From NCBI GenBank assembly GCA_963776345.1, contig CAVZMH010000015.1, forward strand, positions 320,001 through 384,000: DNA of 64,000 bases, read 5' to 3'. This document shows positions 20,533 through 32,489 of this stretch, piece after piece. Below the pieces are notes generated by a model. That model searched no databases and had not been told where the DNA came from. It worked only from the letters and a program-made list of their open reading frames with translations. This stretch comes from an uncultured delta proteobacterium (lineage in GTDB: Bacteria; Myxococcota; Myxococcia; Myxococcales; Myxococcaceae). A program made the position numbers and the translations under genes. Numbering within the stretch: the first letter of the stretch is position 1; each line of letters begins with the position of its first letter.

Positions 20533-21350
20533 CACGTGGTGAATCCTCCGTCCACCACCAGGGCGGCCCCGGTCATGTAGCGGGAAGCGTCGCTGGCGAG
20601 GAACACCACCGCCCCCCGGTAGTCGTCCGGCCGGGCCATGCGCCCGAGCGGGGTGCGCCGGGAATAGGCCTCGATGAACCACGCGTCCTGCCCCGCCTCC
20701 ACCCCGCCCGGACAGAGCGCGTTCACCCGGACGCCCGCCCCGCCCCAGTAGGCCGCCAGGAACCGGGTGAAGGCCAGCACCGCGCCCTTGGTGGTGGGGT
20801 ACGCAGCGGTCTTCCAGAAGGCCTGGGTACCGTCCGGCTTCCGGTAGAGCGACTGGTCCGGCGCGACCAGCCCGTAGGTGGACGAGACGTTGATGATGCT
20901 CCCCTGACCGGCCTTCGCCATCTCGGCGCCGAGCACCTGGGCGCAGAGGAAGGTGCCGGTGACGTTCACCTCGAGCGACCGGCGGAAGAGCGAGACTGGA
21001 TAGCCCTCGAAGCGCGACTGCTCCGCGGCCTTCGCCGGGTCCTCGAACTTGTCGTTGATGGCCGCGTTGTTCACCAGGACGTCGATCCGTCCCGCGGCGG
21101 CGAGCACCTGGTCCCGGAGCGCCCGGACCGAGCTCTCGGAGGTGATGTCCGCACCGATGCCGAGCGCGCCGCGACCGAACTCCGCCGCCACCCGCGCGCA
21201 GGCCGCCCCGTCGATGTCGGTGAGCACCACCCGCGCCCCGGCGTCGGCCAGCGCGCGGCAGTGCTCGCGTCCGAGCAGACCGAGGGCTCCGGTGACCACC
21301 GCCACCTTGCCCTCCAGCGGGCGCTCGCCCGTCGTCGCCTTCGTCTCCAT
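20529..21350 (-). CDS. SDR oxidoreductase (PtmA-like, nonulosonate-cluster type)
   Basis: [26 protein letters not shown] catalytic motif, VVDGG. Confidence 0.88.
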   Translation of the reverse strand: METKATTGERPLEGKVAVVTGALGLLGREHCRALADAGARVVLTDIDGAACARVAAEFGRGALGIGADITSESSVRALRDQVLAAAGRIDVLVNNAAINDKFEDPAKAAEQSRFEGYPVSLFRRSLEVNVTGTFLCAQVLGAEMAKAGQGSIINVSSTYGLVAPDQSLYRKPDGTQAFWKTAAYPTTKGAVLAFTRFLAAYWGGAGVRVNALCPGGVEAGQDAWFIEAYSRRTPLGRMARPDDYRGAVVFLASDASRYMTGAALVVDGGFTTW

Positions 21351-21438
21351 CCCGTTCAAGATGCTCACCCCGGCACGTCGTTGCTGCGCCGCGAGGGGAC
21401 GGGCGCACCCGCCGCCCGCCGGCCGGACCGGCGTCCCT

Positions 21439-22566
21439 CTACCATGCTTTGGGACGAACGCCGACCTCCGGACGCCCGCGCGTGGCGAGCAGGAGGGCCC
21501 AGCCGATCGCGATCCAGAACACCTCCTTGAACCGCTTGAGGAGCACGAAGGCGGCGGCGTGGTTGGTGGCGTCGGGGATGCCGGCCCCGCGGAGCAGCGC
21601 CATGTAGCCCGCGTCCTGGACCCCGAGCCCTGCGGGGATGAAGAACGCCGCGCTCCGGGCGAACGAGACCACCGGCTCGAAGGCCAGCACCGCCGAGAAC
21701 GAGAGCTCTACCCCGAGCAATCTCAGGAGAACCCAGCTCTCGGCCGCCTCGACGAACCAGCCGGCGAGGATCCACAGGAAGGCGACCACCAGACCCCGGG
21801 CATGCGACTGGAGCACCGCGCGCACGTGCTGGTCGGTGTCCACGAAGGCCACCTCGCGGGCGATCGTCCAGGCCTGCACCTTCACCAACGGCACGCGCCG
21901 GAGCAGCCCCCACAGGCGCTCGGCGACCTTCCCCGAGAGCAGCACCGCCACCATCCCCACCGAGACCAGGGTGGAGAGGATGCCGAGGCCGAAGAGCAGC
22001 GGCCGGAGCACGGACGGGTCGGCGAGCGATGCTCCGGCGACCGCGGCGGCGGTGAGGAGGTACACGCCCTGGCTGCCGATCTGCAGCGCCTTCTTGACCG
22101 CGAGGCTCGCCGAGCCCTCCGCGACCGCGACGCCGAAGCGCCGGCGGAGGAACCAGACCTTGAGTCCCTCGGCGAGCAGCGGACCGCCGGGGAAGCTCAG
22201 GTGCACCGCCTCGGTGGAGAGCCTGAGGCCCAGCAGCTGCCAGGTGGCGACCCGCGCCTCGAGGCCCCGGAGGATGGCGGCCCAGCCCGCGGTGTCCACC
22301 GTCACCGCCACGCCGTAGGGCACCACGGCGAGCCCCGCCAGCGGCCCCACCTCGGCGAGCAGACGCGCCACGGCCGCCACATCTGCCATCCAGAGCACCC
22401 GGACGAAGAGCCCCACAGAGACGAGGAGCACCAGCACGCGTGCCACGCGCTTCCAGGGCCTGGGCGGAGGCGGCGCCAGCGCCGCCGGGATGACCTCCTC
22501 CAGCACGCCGCCGGTCCCCTCCGCCGCCTCGGTCCCCGTCGTGGGCGGGCCGGCCTCGACGCTCAC
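21439..22566 (-). CDS. Lysylphosphatidylglycerol synthase TM-domain (flippase-like, HpnL-like) protein
   Basis: Multi-[12 protein letters not shown] and [11 protein letters not shown] motifs; GTG start overlaps the upstream stop. Confidence 0.8.
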   Translation of the reverse strand: MSVEAGPPTTGTEAAEGTGGVLEEVIPAALAPPPPRPWKRVARVLVLLVSVGLFVRVLWMADVAAVARLLAEVGPLAGLAVVPYGVAVTVDTAGWAAILRGLEARVATWQLLGLRLSTEAVHLSFPGGPLLAEGLKVWFLRRRFGVAVAEGSASLAVKKALQIGSQGVYLLTAAAVAGASLADPSVLRPLLFGLGILSTLVSVGMVAVLLSGKVAERLWGLLRRVPLVKVQAWTIAREVAFVDTDQHVRAVLQSHARGLVVAFLWILAGWFVEAAESWVLLRLLGVELSFSAVLAFEPVVSFARSAAFFIPAGLGVQDAGYMALLRGAGIPDATNHAAAFVLLKRFKEVFWIAIGWALLLATRGRPEVGVRPKAW

Positions 22567-23441
22567 GCGGCCCACCGCGACACGCGGGCGAGGAGCCCCG
22601 GCGCGTCCACCTGACGGGCGAAGAGCTCGAAGGGCTCGCGCGGGATGCCCCGGTGCTCCAGCGCCGCGAGCGACGCATCCACCGGCGCGTCGGTCCGGAG
22701 CGTGGCCAGCGTCCGGTACAGGAGCGCGTCCTGCCGTCCTTCGGCCAGCGTCCGGGCCAGGGTGTCACGCGAGCGCACGGAGTCGGGCCAGGCGCGTGGG
22801 TCCGCGGGGATGGATTCGAGGTGCCCGAAGGCGGCGAGCACGGCGGCGGCGCCCTTCTCCCCGAAGCCGGGGAGCCCGGGGATGCCGTCCGCGGTGTCGC
22901 CGACCAGCGCCAGCCAATCCGGGATGCTCTCCGGCCCGATGCCGCGCAGAGCCCGGAGCGCGGGTTCGTCCACCACCTTGCTCCGCATCCGGTCCACCTG
23001 GACCACCCGGGTCCCGCGCAGGCACTGTCCGAGGTCCTTGTCCGGGGTCAGGATGCGCACCTGCTCCACCGCGGGCGCGAACCGGGCCGCGCCGGTGGCC
23101 AGCGCGTCGTCCGCCTCGAAGTCCCGCATCGACCAGACGGCGATGCCCAGAGCCCGGGTCGCCAGCTCGGCCAGGTCGAACTGCGCCAGGAGCTCCTCGG
23201 GCACACCCGCCTCGGTCTTGTAGCCGTCGAAGAGGTCGTTGCGGAACGAGCGAATGGGGTTGTCGTAGGCCACCGCCAGGTGGGTGGGCCGCTCGGTGGG
23301 GTCCGAGAGCAGCGCCAGGAGCGACGAGACCAGCCCCACGGTGGCCTTGAGGGGCGTGCCGTCGGGCGCCCGGTGAGGAGGCCGCCGGGAGAAGTGCGCC
23401 CGGAACAGCTCGTAGGTGCCGTCGACGAGGTGCAGCCGCAT
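22563..23441 (-). CDS. Stand-alone 5'-3' exonuclease / flap endonuclease (PIN plus H3TH)
   Basis: LVDGT, FRNDLFDGYK, FEADD, TPDKD and GDTADGIPG.PG.GEK motifs. Confidence 0.92.
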   Translation of the reverse strand: MRLHLVDGTYELFRAHFSRRPPHRAPDGTPLKATVGLVSSLLALLSDPTERPTHLAVAYDNPIRSFRNDLFDGYKTEAGVPEELLAQFDLAELATRALGIAVWSMRDFEADDALATGAARFAPAVEQVRILTPDKDLGQCLRGTRVVQVDRMRSKVVDEPALRALRGIGPESIPDWLALVGDTADGIPGLPGFGEKGAAAVLAAFGHLESIPADPRAWPDSVRSRDTLARTLAEGRQDALLYRTLATLRTDAPVDASLAALEHRGIPREPFELFARQVDAPGLLARVSRWAA

Positions 23442-23611
23442 GTTCGCGCCGCACAGCGTACCGCTCGCGGAGGGCGAAGAAACCGACGATCGCCCAGCCG
23501 ACCGGCGACACCGCGCGTGCAAGGGTTCGAGGAGGAGCGCACCGGCGTCCGCCCGCGGACGGCTGGACCGCGCTCGCCCTGTAGGCCGGGGCTTGGCCCC
23601 GCGGCACCGGC

Positions 23612-25738
23612 TCAGCCCTGGACCGCGCGCAGCGGCTGGCGCAGCAGCGGCTCGAGCACCGCGAGCTGCGCGTCCCGCACCGGCTCGCCGGGCTGGGGCC
23701 GGCGCCGCACGTACGTCCCGTCCGGCAGGAGGTCGCGGGCACGGGTGTTGTCGGCGAGCGAGGGCTCGATGACCTCGCGGTGGATCCGCGCCCGGAGCGC
23801 CCGGTCCTCCACCGGGAACATCAGCTCCACCCGGCGATAGAGGTTCCGGGGCATCCAGTCCGCCGAGGAGAGGAACAGCTCCTCCTGCTCGCCGGCGCCG
23901 AAGAGGAACACCCGGCAGTGCTCGAGAAAGCGGCCGACGATGCTGAACACCCGGATGTTGTCCGAGACGTCCTGCAACCCGGGGCGCAGGCAGCAGATGC
24001 CCCGGACGCAGAGATCGACCGGGACTCCGGCCTGGCTCGCGGCGTAGAGCGCATCGATGACCGAGAGGTCCACCAGCGCGTTCATCTTGGCGTAGATGCG
24101 CGCCGGCTTGCCCGCCCGCGCCGCCTCGGTCTGCTCGGAGATCTTCCGGAGCACCGTCTCGGCCAGCGTGACCGGCGCCACCGCCACCTTCCGGTAATGG
24201 GCGACCTTGGCGAACCCCGAGAGCGCGTTGAACACCTCGGAGACGTCCTCGCCGAGGACCTGGTCCGCGCTGAACATGCCGACGTCCGTGTATAGCCGCG
24301 AGGTGGTGACGTTGTAGTTCCCGGTGGAGAGGTGGACGTACCGGCGGATCTGCCCCTCCTCGCGGCGGATCACCAGGATGACCTTGGCGTGGGTCTTGAG
24401 GCCCACCGAGCCATAGAAGACGTGCACCCCCGCCCGCTCGAGTTGCCTGGCCCAGACGATGTTGTTCTGCTCGTCGAAGCGAGCCTTGAGCTCGATCGCC
24501 ACTGCGACCTGCTTCCCGTTCTCGGCGGCGGCGATCAGGGCCTTCACGATCTCCGAGTTCGATCCCGTGCGGTACAGCGTCATCTTGATCGCCAGCACCG
24601 CCGGGTCCTCCGCCGCCCGGCGAAGGAAGTGGAGCACCGGCTGGAACGAGTCGTACGGATGGTGGAGCAGGATGTCGCCCTGCCCCACCACCGCGAACGG
24701 GTCCTCCGCCTCGGCCAGGGCGTGGTTGAGGTTCTGCACGAACGGGGTGTCGTGCAAGTCCGCGCGAGGCAGCATCGCCACCGACATCAGCGCCGAGGCC
24801 CCGAGGACGCGGGACTCCGCGTAGAGGTCGTCCTCCTCGATCTCCAGCTTGGAGAGCAGAAACTCGCGGATCCGCTGCGGCGTGTCGGGATGCACTTCGA
24901 GGCGCACCACCGCGCCGAACTTCCGGCGGCGGATCTCCCGGTCGATGGTGACCAGGAGGTCGTGGGCTTCCTCCTCCATGATCTCCAGATCCATGTCCCG
25001 GGTGATGCGGAACGGGTACACGCCGAGGATCTGCATCCCCGGGAAGAGCTGATCGAGGTTCGCCGCGATGAGCGCCTCGAGGGGAAGGAACTCGCCCGGT
25101 CGCGCGTCGTCGGCCGACGCGCTCAACCGCTCGAGCGGCACGAACCGGGGGAGGATCTCCGGGACCTTCACCCTGGCGAACCGGCGCTCGCCGGACTCGG
25201 GATCCGCGGCCTCCACTGCCAGCGACAGCGAGAGGTTGGAGATGAAGGGGAACGGGTGCCCGGGGTCCACCGCCAGCGGGGTGAGCACCGGGAAGACCGA
25301 CTCGCGAAAGTAGGCCCTGGCCCGCTCCTGCGCGGCGTCGCCGAGGCTCTCCCAGTGGCGGATCCGGATGCCGTGCTCGGCGAGCCCGGGGAGCAGCTGC
25401 CCCTCGAGGAGGTCGGTCGCGTCCTTGAGGAGCCGCCGGACCACCTCGCGGATGCGCGCCAGCTGCTGCCGCGGGGTGAGCCCGTCGGGGCTGCGCTCCG
25501 CCTCCGCCTGCTCCAGCTGGTCGTGCAGGCCCGAGACCCGGATCATGAAGAACTCGTCCAGGTTGGAGAAGGTGATGGCCAGGAACTTGAGCCGCTCGAG
25601 CAGCGGCCAGTGCGGATCCGCCACCTCGTCGAGGACGCGCCGGTTGAACGCCAGCCACGACAGCTCGCGGTTCAGATAGAGCGACGGTTCCCTCGGCGTC
25701 GGGCGGGCGCCGGAGGTGCTTCGTTCGGGGTGGGTCAT
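23612..25738 (-). CDS. ppk1: Polyphosphate kinase 1
   Basis: NRELSWLAFN, LAVDPGHPFP, LLHHPYDSF, ELKARFDE, KTHAK, TGNYN and SSADWMPRNL motifs. Confidence 0.96.
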   Translation of the reverse strand: MTHPERSTSGARPTPREPSLYLNRELSWLAFNRRVLDEVADPHWPLLERLKFLAITFSNLDEFFMIRVSGLHDQLEQAEAERSPDGLTPRQQLARIREVVRRLLKDATDLLEGQLLPGLAEHGIRIRHWESLGDAAQERARAYFRESVFPVLTPLAVDPGHPFPFISNLSLSLAVEAADPESGERRFARVKVPEILPRFVPLERLSASADDARPGEFLPLEALIAANLDQLFPGMQILGVYPFRITRDMDLEIMEEEAHDLLVTIDREIRRRKFGAVVRLEVHPDTPQRIREFLLSKLEIEEDDLYAESRVLGASALMSVAMLPRADLHDTPFVQNLNHALAEAEDPFAVVGQGDILLHHPYDSFQPVLHFLRRAAEDPAVLAIKMTLYRTGSNSEIVKALIAAAENGKQVAVAIELKARFDEQNNIVWARQLERAGVHVFYGSVGLKTHAKVILVIRREEGQIRRYVHLSTGNYNVTTSRLYTDVGMFSADQVLGEDVSEVFNALSGFAKVAHYRKVAVAPVTLAETVLRKISEQTEAARAGKPARIYAKMNALVDLSVIDALYAASQAGVPVDLCVRGICCLRPGLQDVSDNIRVFSIVGRFLEHCRVFLFGAGEQEELFLSSADWMPRNLYRRVELMFPVEDRALRARIHREVIEPSLADNTRARDLLPDGTYVRRRPQPGEPVRDAQLAVLEPLLRQPLRAVQG

Positions 25739-25795
25739 CCTCGGCCTGTCTTTACAATCGCACGACGGACCGCTTCCAGTAGGCTCGGAATTGGC

Positions 25796-27361
25796 ATGCG
25801 GGGGCTTCGGGTCGCGACCTGCGTGGTGCTCGCCTGCGCGCATCAGATCCGTCCGCCGCCGCTGACCGGCTGGCGCGAGCTCCGGTCCCCGCACTTCCGG
25901 CTGCGGACCGATCTCCCCGAGGACTCCGCGCGGACCACCCTGAAGAAGCTGGAGACGCTTCGAGCGGCCCTCCAGTCGGCCTGGATGGCTCCCAGCGACA
26001 CGCCCGACACGGCGGACGTGGTCGTGCTGGGGGACACGGCCGAGCTCCTCACCTTCACCGACTGGCTCGGGCTCTCCACCGTGAGCGGGAGGCGTCCGCT
26101 GCTGGTCACCGCCGCAGGCAACCCCTCGGCGTTCCAGGACGAGCTCCCGTACACCACCGTGCTCGCCCACGAGCTGACCCACGTGCTCGCCCGATGGCGC
26201 ATGCCGTCCGTCGCGCCGTGGTTCGAGGAAGGTTGCGCCGAGCTACTCGGCACGATCCAGCTGCGCGATGGACGCCTGGCGCGCTTCGGGGAGCACGGCG
26301 TGCCACGGACCTCCTTGCCCGCCGGCTTCAGTGGAAGGTACTTCGCAGGCACCGTGCCCTCCGACATGTCGGGACGGACCCCGTCCGCGCCTCCGCAGAG
26401 CAACGTGAGCCTGGATCCCACCGGCTCGGACCAGGTGCTCTCGCTCGAGGAGCTCGAGCGCTTGCCCTGGCAGTTCCCGACCCCCGACGCGGCCCGCATC
26501 GCGTACCGCTCGGCCCGGCTCTGGGTTCAGGTGCTGCGATTCCGGGAGCTCGCGCGCGTCGTTGCTCTGGAGCGCGCGCTCCGTGAAGGGGCCCCGTGGC
26601 ACACCGCCTGGGCGGACGCACGTCGAGGTCTCGACATCGCCGGGCTCCACGACGTGGTGCGACAATGGGTGGGCGGCGCGCCGCTGCCGTTCGAGGAGCA
26701 CCCGTTCTCCCCCCCGGAAGTCCACGCGACGGAGCGGGCCATGGCTCCCTGGGAGGTTCGCCTGGTGCTCGCAGACCTCTGGACGCTCGGGGGCCCTCCC
26801 GAGCAGCGGTTCGAGCGCCTGTGGCGCGCCCGTGCGGAGCTGGAGTCCGCGGTCCGGGAGGCAACTGGCGAGGCGCTGCCCCGGGTGCGCCTCGCGGAGC
26901 TGGAGATGGACCCCGAGGCCCGCCTCGCGCTCGCCGAGGCGATTGCCCGCGCGCACCCGGACAGCCCGGACGCGGCGGTGTTCCTCGCCGGAGCGCTCCG
27001 CGATGACGGCCGGGAACTTCCCGGGCGAGCCCAGGCCATCGCCCGGGCCGTGGCGCTCGCGCCCGAGGACCCCGACGCGCTCACCGCAGAGGCGGTCGAG
27101 CAGGCGCGCGCCGGGAACCTGACGGCAGCCGTGCAGACCGCACGGCGGGCCGTGGCCCTCGCGCCCTGGAGTCCCACGGTGTTCCGGGTGAACGCAAACC
27201 TCCTCGCTGCCAGCGGCCGGTGCGAGGAGGCGCTGGAGGCCGCCCAGCGCGCGCTGAGCGTGCTTCCCCACCGCGCCCCACCGGAGCTCGTCGCGGCGGT
27301 CCACCGCGACCAGAGCCTCATCGGCAGCAGCTGCTCCCGGAAGACGACGCCGGTCCAGTAG
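25796..27361 (+). CDS. Exported HExxH gluzincin-like (DUF1570-like) protein with TPR repeats, paralogue 1
   Basis: Signal with Cys; WRELRSPHF; AHELTH...PWFEEG; C-terminal TPRs. Confidence 0.8.
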   Translation: MRGLRVATCVVLACAHQIRPPPLTGWRELRSPHFRLRTDLPEDSARTTLKKLETLRAALQSAWMAPSDTPDTADVVVLGDTAELLTFTDWLGLSTVSGRRPLLVTAAGNPSAFQDELPYTTVLAHELTHVLARWRMPSVAPWFEEGCAELLGTIQLRDGRLARFGEHGVPRTSLPAGFSGRYFAGTVPSDMSGRTPSAPPQSNVSLDPTGSDQVLSLEELERLPWQFPTPDAARIAYRSARLWVQVLRFRELARVVALERALREGAPWHTAWADARRGLDIAGLHDVVRQWVGGAPLPFEEHPFSPPEVHATERAMAPWEVRLVLADLWTLGGPPEQRFERLWRARAELESAVREATGEALPRVRLAELEMDPEARLALAEAIARAHPDSPDAAVFLAGALRDDGRELPGRAQAIARAVALAPEDPDALTAEAVEQARAGNLTAAVQTARRAVALAPWSPTVFRVNANLLAASGRCEEALEAAQRALSVLPHRAPPELVAAVHRDQSLIGSSCSRKTTPVQ

Positions 27362-27378
27362 CGTCACCCCCGCCTCGG

Positions 27379-28833
27379 ATGCGCCCGCTCCTGCTCGCCG
27401 CCCTGCTCCTCCTCGGGTGCGCCCACGGGTCGCGCTCGCCGCCGCTCACCGGCTGGCGCGAGCTGCGCTCGAACCACTTCCGGCTCCAGACCGACCTGCC
27501 CGCGGCCGACGCCCGGACCACGATCGAGCGGCTGGAGACGCTCCGGGCCGCGCTGGAGACCGCCTGGTCCGAGCCCCAGGACACGCCAGGAAAGACGGAG
27601 GCCATCGTCCTGCGCGACGGTTCCGAGCTGAGGACGTTCACCGAGTGGACCGGGCTCGCGACCCTCACCCGGCGCGGGCCGCTGCTCGTCGTCTCCGGCA
27701 GCTCGGCCGTGTTCGGCGACGTGTCGCCCTACCTGGCGCTCCTCGCACACGAGGTGGCCCACGACCTCGGCCGGCGCCGGATGCCGGGAGCGCCCCGCTG
27801 GTTCGACGAGGGGCTCGCCTCGTACCTCGAGACGGCGGAGCTGGTCGACGCCGGCCGGGTGCGCCTGGGCGCAATCTCCAGGGAGGACCTGGAGCTCGCG
27901 CGGACCCGTCCTCTCCTTCCGCTGGACACGCTGGTCCAGGCCCGCTGGGAGACCGAGAGCCTGCCCCGGCTGCTGGAGATCTACCGCTCCGCGCGGCTCT
28001 GGGTTCACCTCCTCCGCGCCGAGGAGCCGGCCCGGATGCGGGCGCTGGAGGCCGCGCTGCGCCGTGGGACGCCCTGGCGCGTGGCCTGGGCCGAGGCGCG
28101 ACGGGACCTGGACACCTCCCGGCTCGAGGACGCGCTCCGCCGCTGGCTCCACGCGGGCGACTTCCCCACCGAGTTGCACCGCTTCTCGGTCCCCGCCTCG
28201 GCGTCGAAGGAGCGGCCGCTCGCCCCGTGGGAGGTCCACCTCGCGCAGGCGGAGCTGTGGACGGCCGGGCGTTCCTCCACCGACGCCGAGGAGCGGGCGA
28301 CCCGGGTGCGCGCCGAGCTCGAGGCGGCCGCGGGGGCTGCGCCGGACCAGCCCCTTCCCCGGGTCCTGCTCGCCGAGCTGGAGACCGATCCGGACCGGCG
28401 CCGCGAGCAGGCGGAGGCGCTGCGCCGGACCTATCCGCAGAGCCCCGAGGCGGCCGTCCTCCTCGCCCGGGTGCTCCGGGACGACGGCGGGCCGATCGAG
28501 GGCCGCCGGGCGGCGATGCTCGATGCGGTGGTGCTGGCACCCGACGACGTCGACGCCCTCACCGCGCACGCCATCGAGGAGGCCCGGGCCGGCGAGTACA
28601 CCCGGGCATTCCAGAGCCTCCGCCGCGCGGAGGCGCTCGCCCCGTGGAATCCCACCGTGTTCTTCTCCCGCGCGACCATCCTCGCCTCGCTCGGCCAGTG
28701 CGAGGAGGCGACCGACGCCGCGCAGCGGGCGCTGGACGTGCTGCCCGACGCCGCGCCGGCGGTGGACGTCCAGGTGCTGGCCCGGGCGCGCGCACGCGTG
28801 CAGGCGAGCTGCCATCCGACCCACGGGCCCTGA
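27379..28833 (+). CDS. Lipoprotein, HExxH gluzincin-like (DUF1570-like) with TPR repeats, paralogue 2
   Basis: Lipobox LLGC; WRELRSNHF; AHEVAH...PRWFDEGLASY; C-terminal TPRs. Confidence 0.82.
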   Translation: MRPLLLAALLLLGCAHGSRSPPLTGWRELRSNHFRLQTDLPAADARTTIERLETLRAALETAWSEPQDTPGKTEAIVLRDGSELRTFTEWTGLATLTRRGPLLVVSGSSAVFGDVSPYLALLAHEVAHDLGRRRMPGAPRWFDEGLASYLETAELVDAGRVRLGAISREDLELARTRPLLPLDTLVQARWETESLPRLLEIYRSARLWVHLLRAEEPARMRALEAALRRGTPWRVAWAEARRDLDTSRLEDALRRWLHAGDFPTELHRFSVPASASKERPLAPWEVHLAQAELWTAGRSSTDAEERATRVRAELEAAAGAAPDQPLPRVLLAELETDPDRRREQAEALRRTYPQSPEAAVLLARVLRDDGGPIEGRRAAMLDAVVLAPDDVDALTAHAIEEARAGEYTRAFQSLRRAEALAPWNPTVFFSRATILASLGQCEEATDAAQRALDVLPDAAPAVDVQVLARARARVQASCHPTHGP

Positions 28834-28865
28834 CCGGCCGGTGTAGAGTGCCGCCGGCTCCAACC

Positions 28866-30545
28866 ATGCGTGCGCTCGCCGATACCGTCCGCTCCCTGCC
28901 CACGGGCGTGGCCTTGCTCGAGGATCCCGTCTGCAACCGGGGGACCGCGTTCACCTCGGACGAGCGCGCCCGGCTCGGCCTCGACGGGCTCCTGCCCCCG
29001 GTCGTCGAGACGCTGGAGCAGCAGTGCGCGCGGGCCTACGAGGCCTACCGGCGCAAGGCGGACGACCTGGAGCGGCACATCTACCTCCGGGCGCTCCAGG
29101 ACACCAACGAGACGCTCTGCTACGCCGTGCTCCGCAAGCATCTCGCCGAGATGGTCCCGGTGGTCTACACCCCGGTCGTCGCCCAGGCGTGCGCGCAGTT
29201 CTCGCAGATCTACCGCCGTCCCCGCGGGCTCTTCCTCCCCTACCCCATGCGCGACGCGCTGGAGCTGCTGCTGGAGAACCGGCCGCGCCGCGAGGTGGAC
29301 GTGGTGGTGGTGACCGACGGGGAGCGGGTCCTGGGCATCGGGGACCAGGGCGCCGGAGGGATGGGCATCTCCATCGGCAAGCTCCAGCTCTACACCCTCT
29401 TCGGCGGCGTCGAGCCGGCGCGCACCCTCCCGGTCCTGCTGGACGTGGGCACCAACAACGCCGCCCGGCTGGCCGAGCCGGACTACATCGGCTGGCGGCA
29501 CGAGCGGGTGAAGGGCGACGCCTACTTCGACTTCGTGGACCGCTTCGTGGACGCGGTGCGCCGGGTGCTCCCGGGCGCGCTGCTGCAGTGGGAGGACTTC
29601 GCGCGCGACCACGCCGCCCCGCTGCTCGAGCGCTACCGGGACACGCTCTGCACCTTCAACGACGACATCCAGGGAACGGCCTCGGTGGTGGTGGCGGTCC
29701 TCACCGGAGCGCTCGGCGTCACGGGCGCGCGGTTCCGCGACCACCGCATCGTCATCGCCGGCGCGGGGAGCGCGGGGCTCGGCCTGGCGGCCTACCTCCT
29801 CCAGGCGATGCGCTCGGACGGGCTGTCCGCCGACGAGGCGCGCCGCCGGCTCCTCCTGGTCGACCGGCAGGGCCTCCTCCACGACCGCCTCGAGGACCTC
29901 ACCCCGGGCCAGCGTCCGTACGCCCAGCCATTCGAGGCGGTGGCGAGCTTCCGGCGGAACGCGGCCGGGCACGTGCCGCTCGAGTCAGTGCTGGAATCGG
30001 CGGGGGCGACGGTCCTCATCGGCGTCTCGGCGCAGTGCGGGCTCTTCAGCGAGAGCGCGGTGCGCGCCATGGCCGCCAGGGTCGAGCGGCCCATCGTCCT
30101 GCCGCTGTCCAACCCGCTCGACCGCTGCGAGGCCGCGCCAGCCGACCTCCTGCGCTGGACCGAGGGCCGGGCGCTCATCGCCACCGGGAGCCCGTACGGA
30201 CCCGTCACCTACGCCGGGGTCACCCGCCGCATCGCCCAGTGCAACAACGTCTACATCTTCCCCGGAGTGGGGCTGGGGGTCCTGAGCGTCGGGGCACGGC
30301 GGGTGACCGACGGGATGATGCTCGCCGCGGCCCGGGCGCTCGGCGCGCGGTCTCCAGCCCGGAAGGATCCGTCCGCTCCGCTGCTCCCCTCGCTGGACGA
30401 GCTGCTCGAGCTCACCCCGGACATCGCCTTCGCCGTCGCCCGGGAGGCGCAGGACTCGGGCATGGCGCCGGCCACCTCCGAGGACGCGGTCCGGGCGGCG
30501 ATCGCCGCCCGCTTCTGGACCCCGACCTACCGTCCGCTCCTCTAG
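28866..30545 (+). CDS. maeA: NAD-dependent malic enzyme (large, MaeA/SfcA type)
   Basis: NRGTAF, VYTP, TDGERVLGIGD, DVGTNN, QWEDF, FNDDIQGT, GAGSAG, LSNP and QCNNVYIFPG motifs. Confidence 0.93.
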   Translation: MRALADTVRSLPTGVALLEDPVCNRGTAFTSDERARLGLDGLLPPVVETLEQQCARAYEAYRRKADDLERHIYLRALQDTNETLCYAVLRKHLAEMVPVVYTPVVAQACAQFSQIYRRPRGLFLPYPMRDALELLLENRPRREVDVVVVTDGERVLGIGDQGAGGMGISIGKLQLYTLFGGVEPARTLPVLLDVGTNNAARLAEPDYIGWRHERVKGDAYFDFVDRFVDAVRRVLPGALLQWEDFARDHAAPLLERYRDTLCTFNDDIQGTASVVVAVLTGALGVTGARFRDHRIVIAGAGSAGLGLAAYLLQAMRSDGLSADEARRRLLLVDRQGLLHDRLEDLTPGQRPYAQPFEAVASFRRNAAGHVPLESVLESAGATVLIGVSAQCGLFSESAVRAMAARVERPIVLPLSNPLDRCEAAPADLLRWTEGRALIATGSPYGPVTYAGVTRRIAQCNNVYIFPGVGLGVLSVGARRVTDGMMLAAARALGARSPARKDPSAPLLPSLDELLELTPDIAFAVAREAQDSGMAPATSEDAVRAAIAARFWTPTYRPLL

Positions 30546-30600
30546 AGCCCACGCCCCGATTGTCGTAGGAGGGGCCCAGGGGAACGGGGAGGCCTGACGG

Positions 30601-32058
<1,458 letters not shown>

Positions 32059-32090
32059 CGCCTCAGCGATCGGCGAAGGCGGCCGCCCCG

Positions 32091-32159
32091 ACGGACTACG
32101 TACTCTGCGTGACCCTCGACCGCCGAGGAACCGTCGAGTCAGTCGAGATGGAGAGCTGA
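32091..32159 (+). pseudogene. Possible 3' remnant of a DUF2004-like gene
   Basis: TDYVLCVTLDRRGTVESVEMES* resembles the C-terminus I recall for that family; no plausible start. Confidence 0.35.
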
Positions 32160-32201
32160 CCCTCGACGCTCGGGCGCTGCGGGCCGGATGCCCCGAACTG
32201 G

Positions 32202-32252
32202 TCAGGCAAGTTCCCTGTCTATTTCTCGAAGATAGTTAGGAAACCTACCTGA
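32202..32252. promoter_or_regulatory. AT-rich 51-bp imperfect inverted repeat
   Basis: TCAGGCAAGTTCCCT...AGGAAACCTACCTGA; on the minus strand the outer 15 bp pair fully when G-U is allowed. Confidence 0.6.
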
Positions 32253-32489
32253 CTATTCCTGGCCCCGGCGCGGACGCTCCCGCCCATGGTCTTTCTGGAC
32301 GGCTGCGCCGCCGCAAGCAGCTCGGGCACGGCAAGGAACGCCGGGAGGCCTCGGGACGGCGCCGAGGCGGGGTGCGGTACCTCTCGCCCAGCCGACCCGC
32401 GTCCCCTCGAGGCGGGAGTGATCCCGCCCCGAGGCGCCGGACTCGAGCTCGCGCGACGCTGCCCGGATGCGCGATGTCGAGACCCTGGA

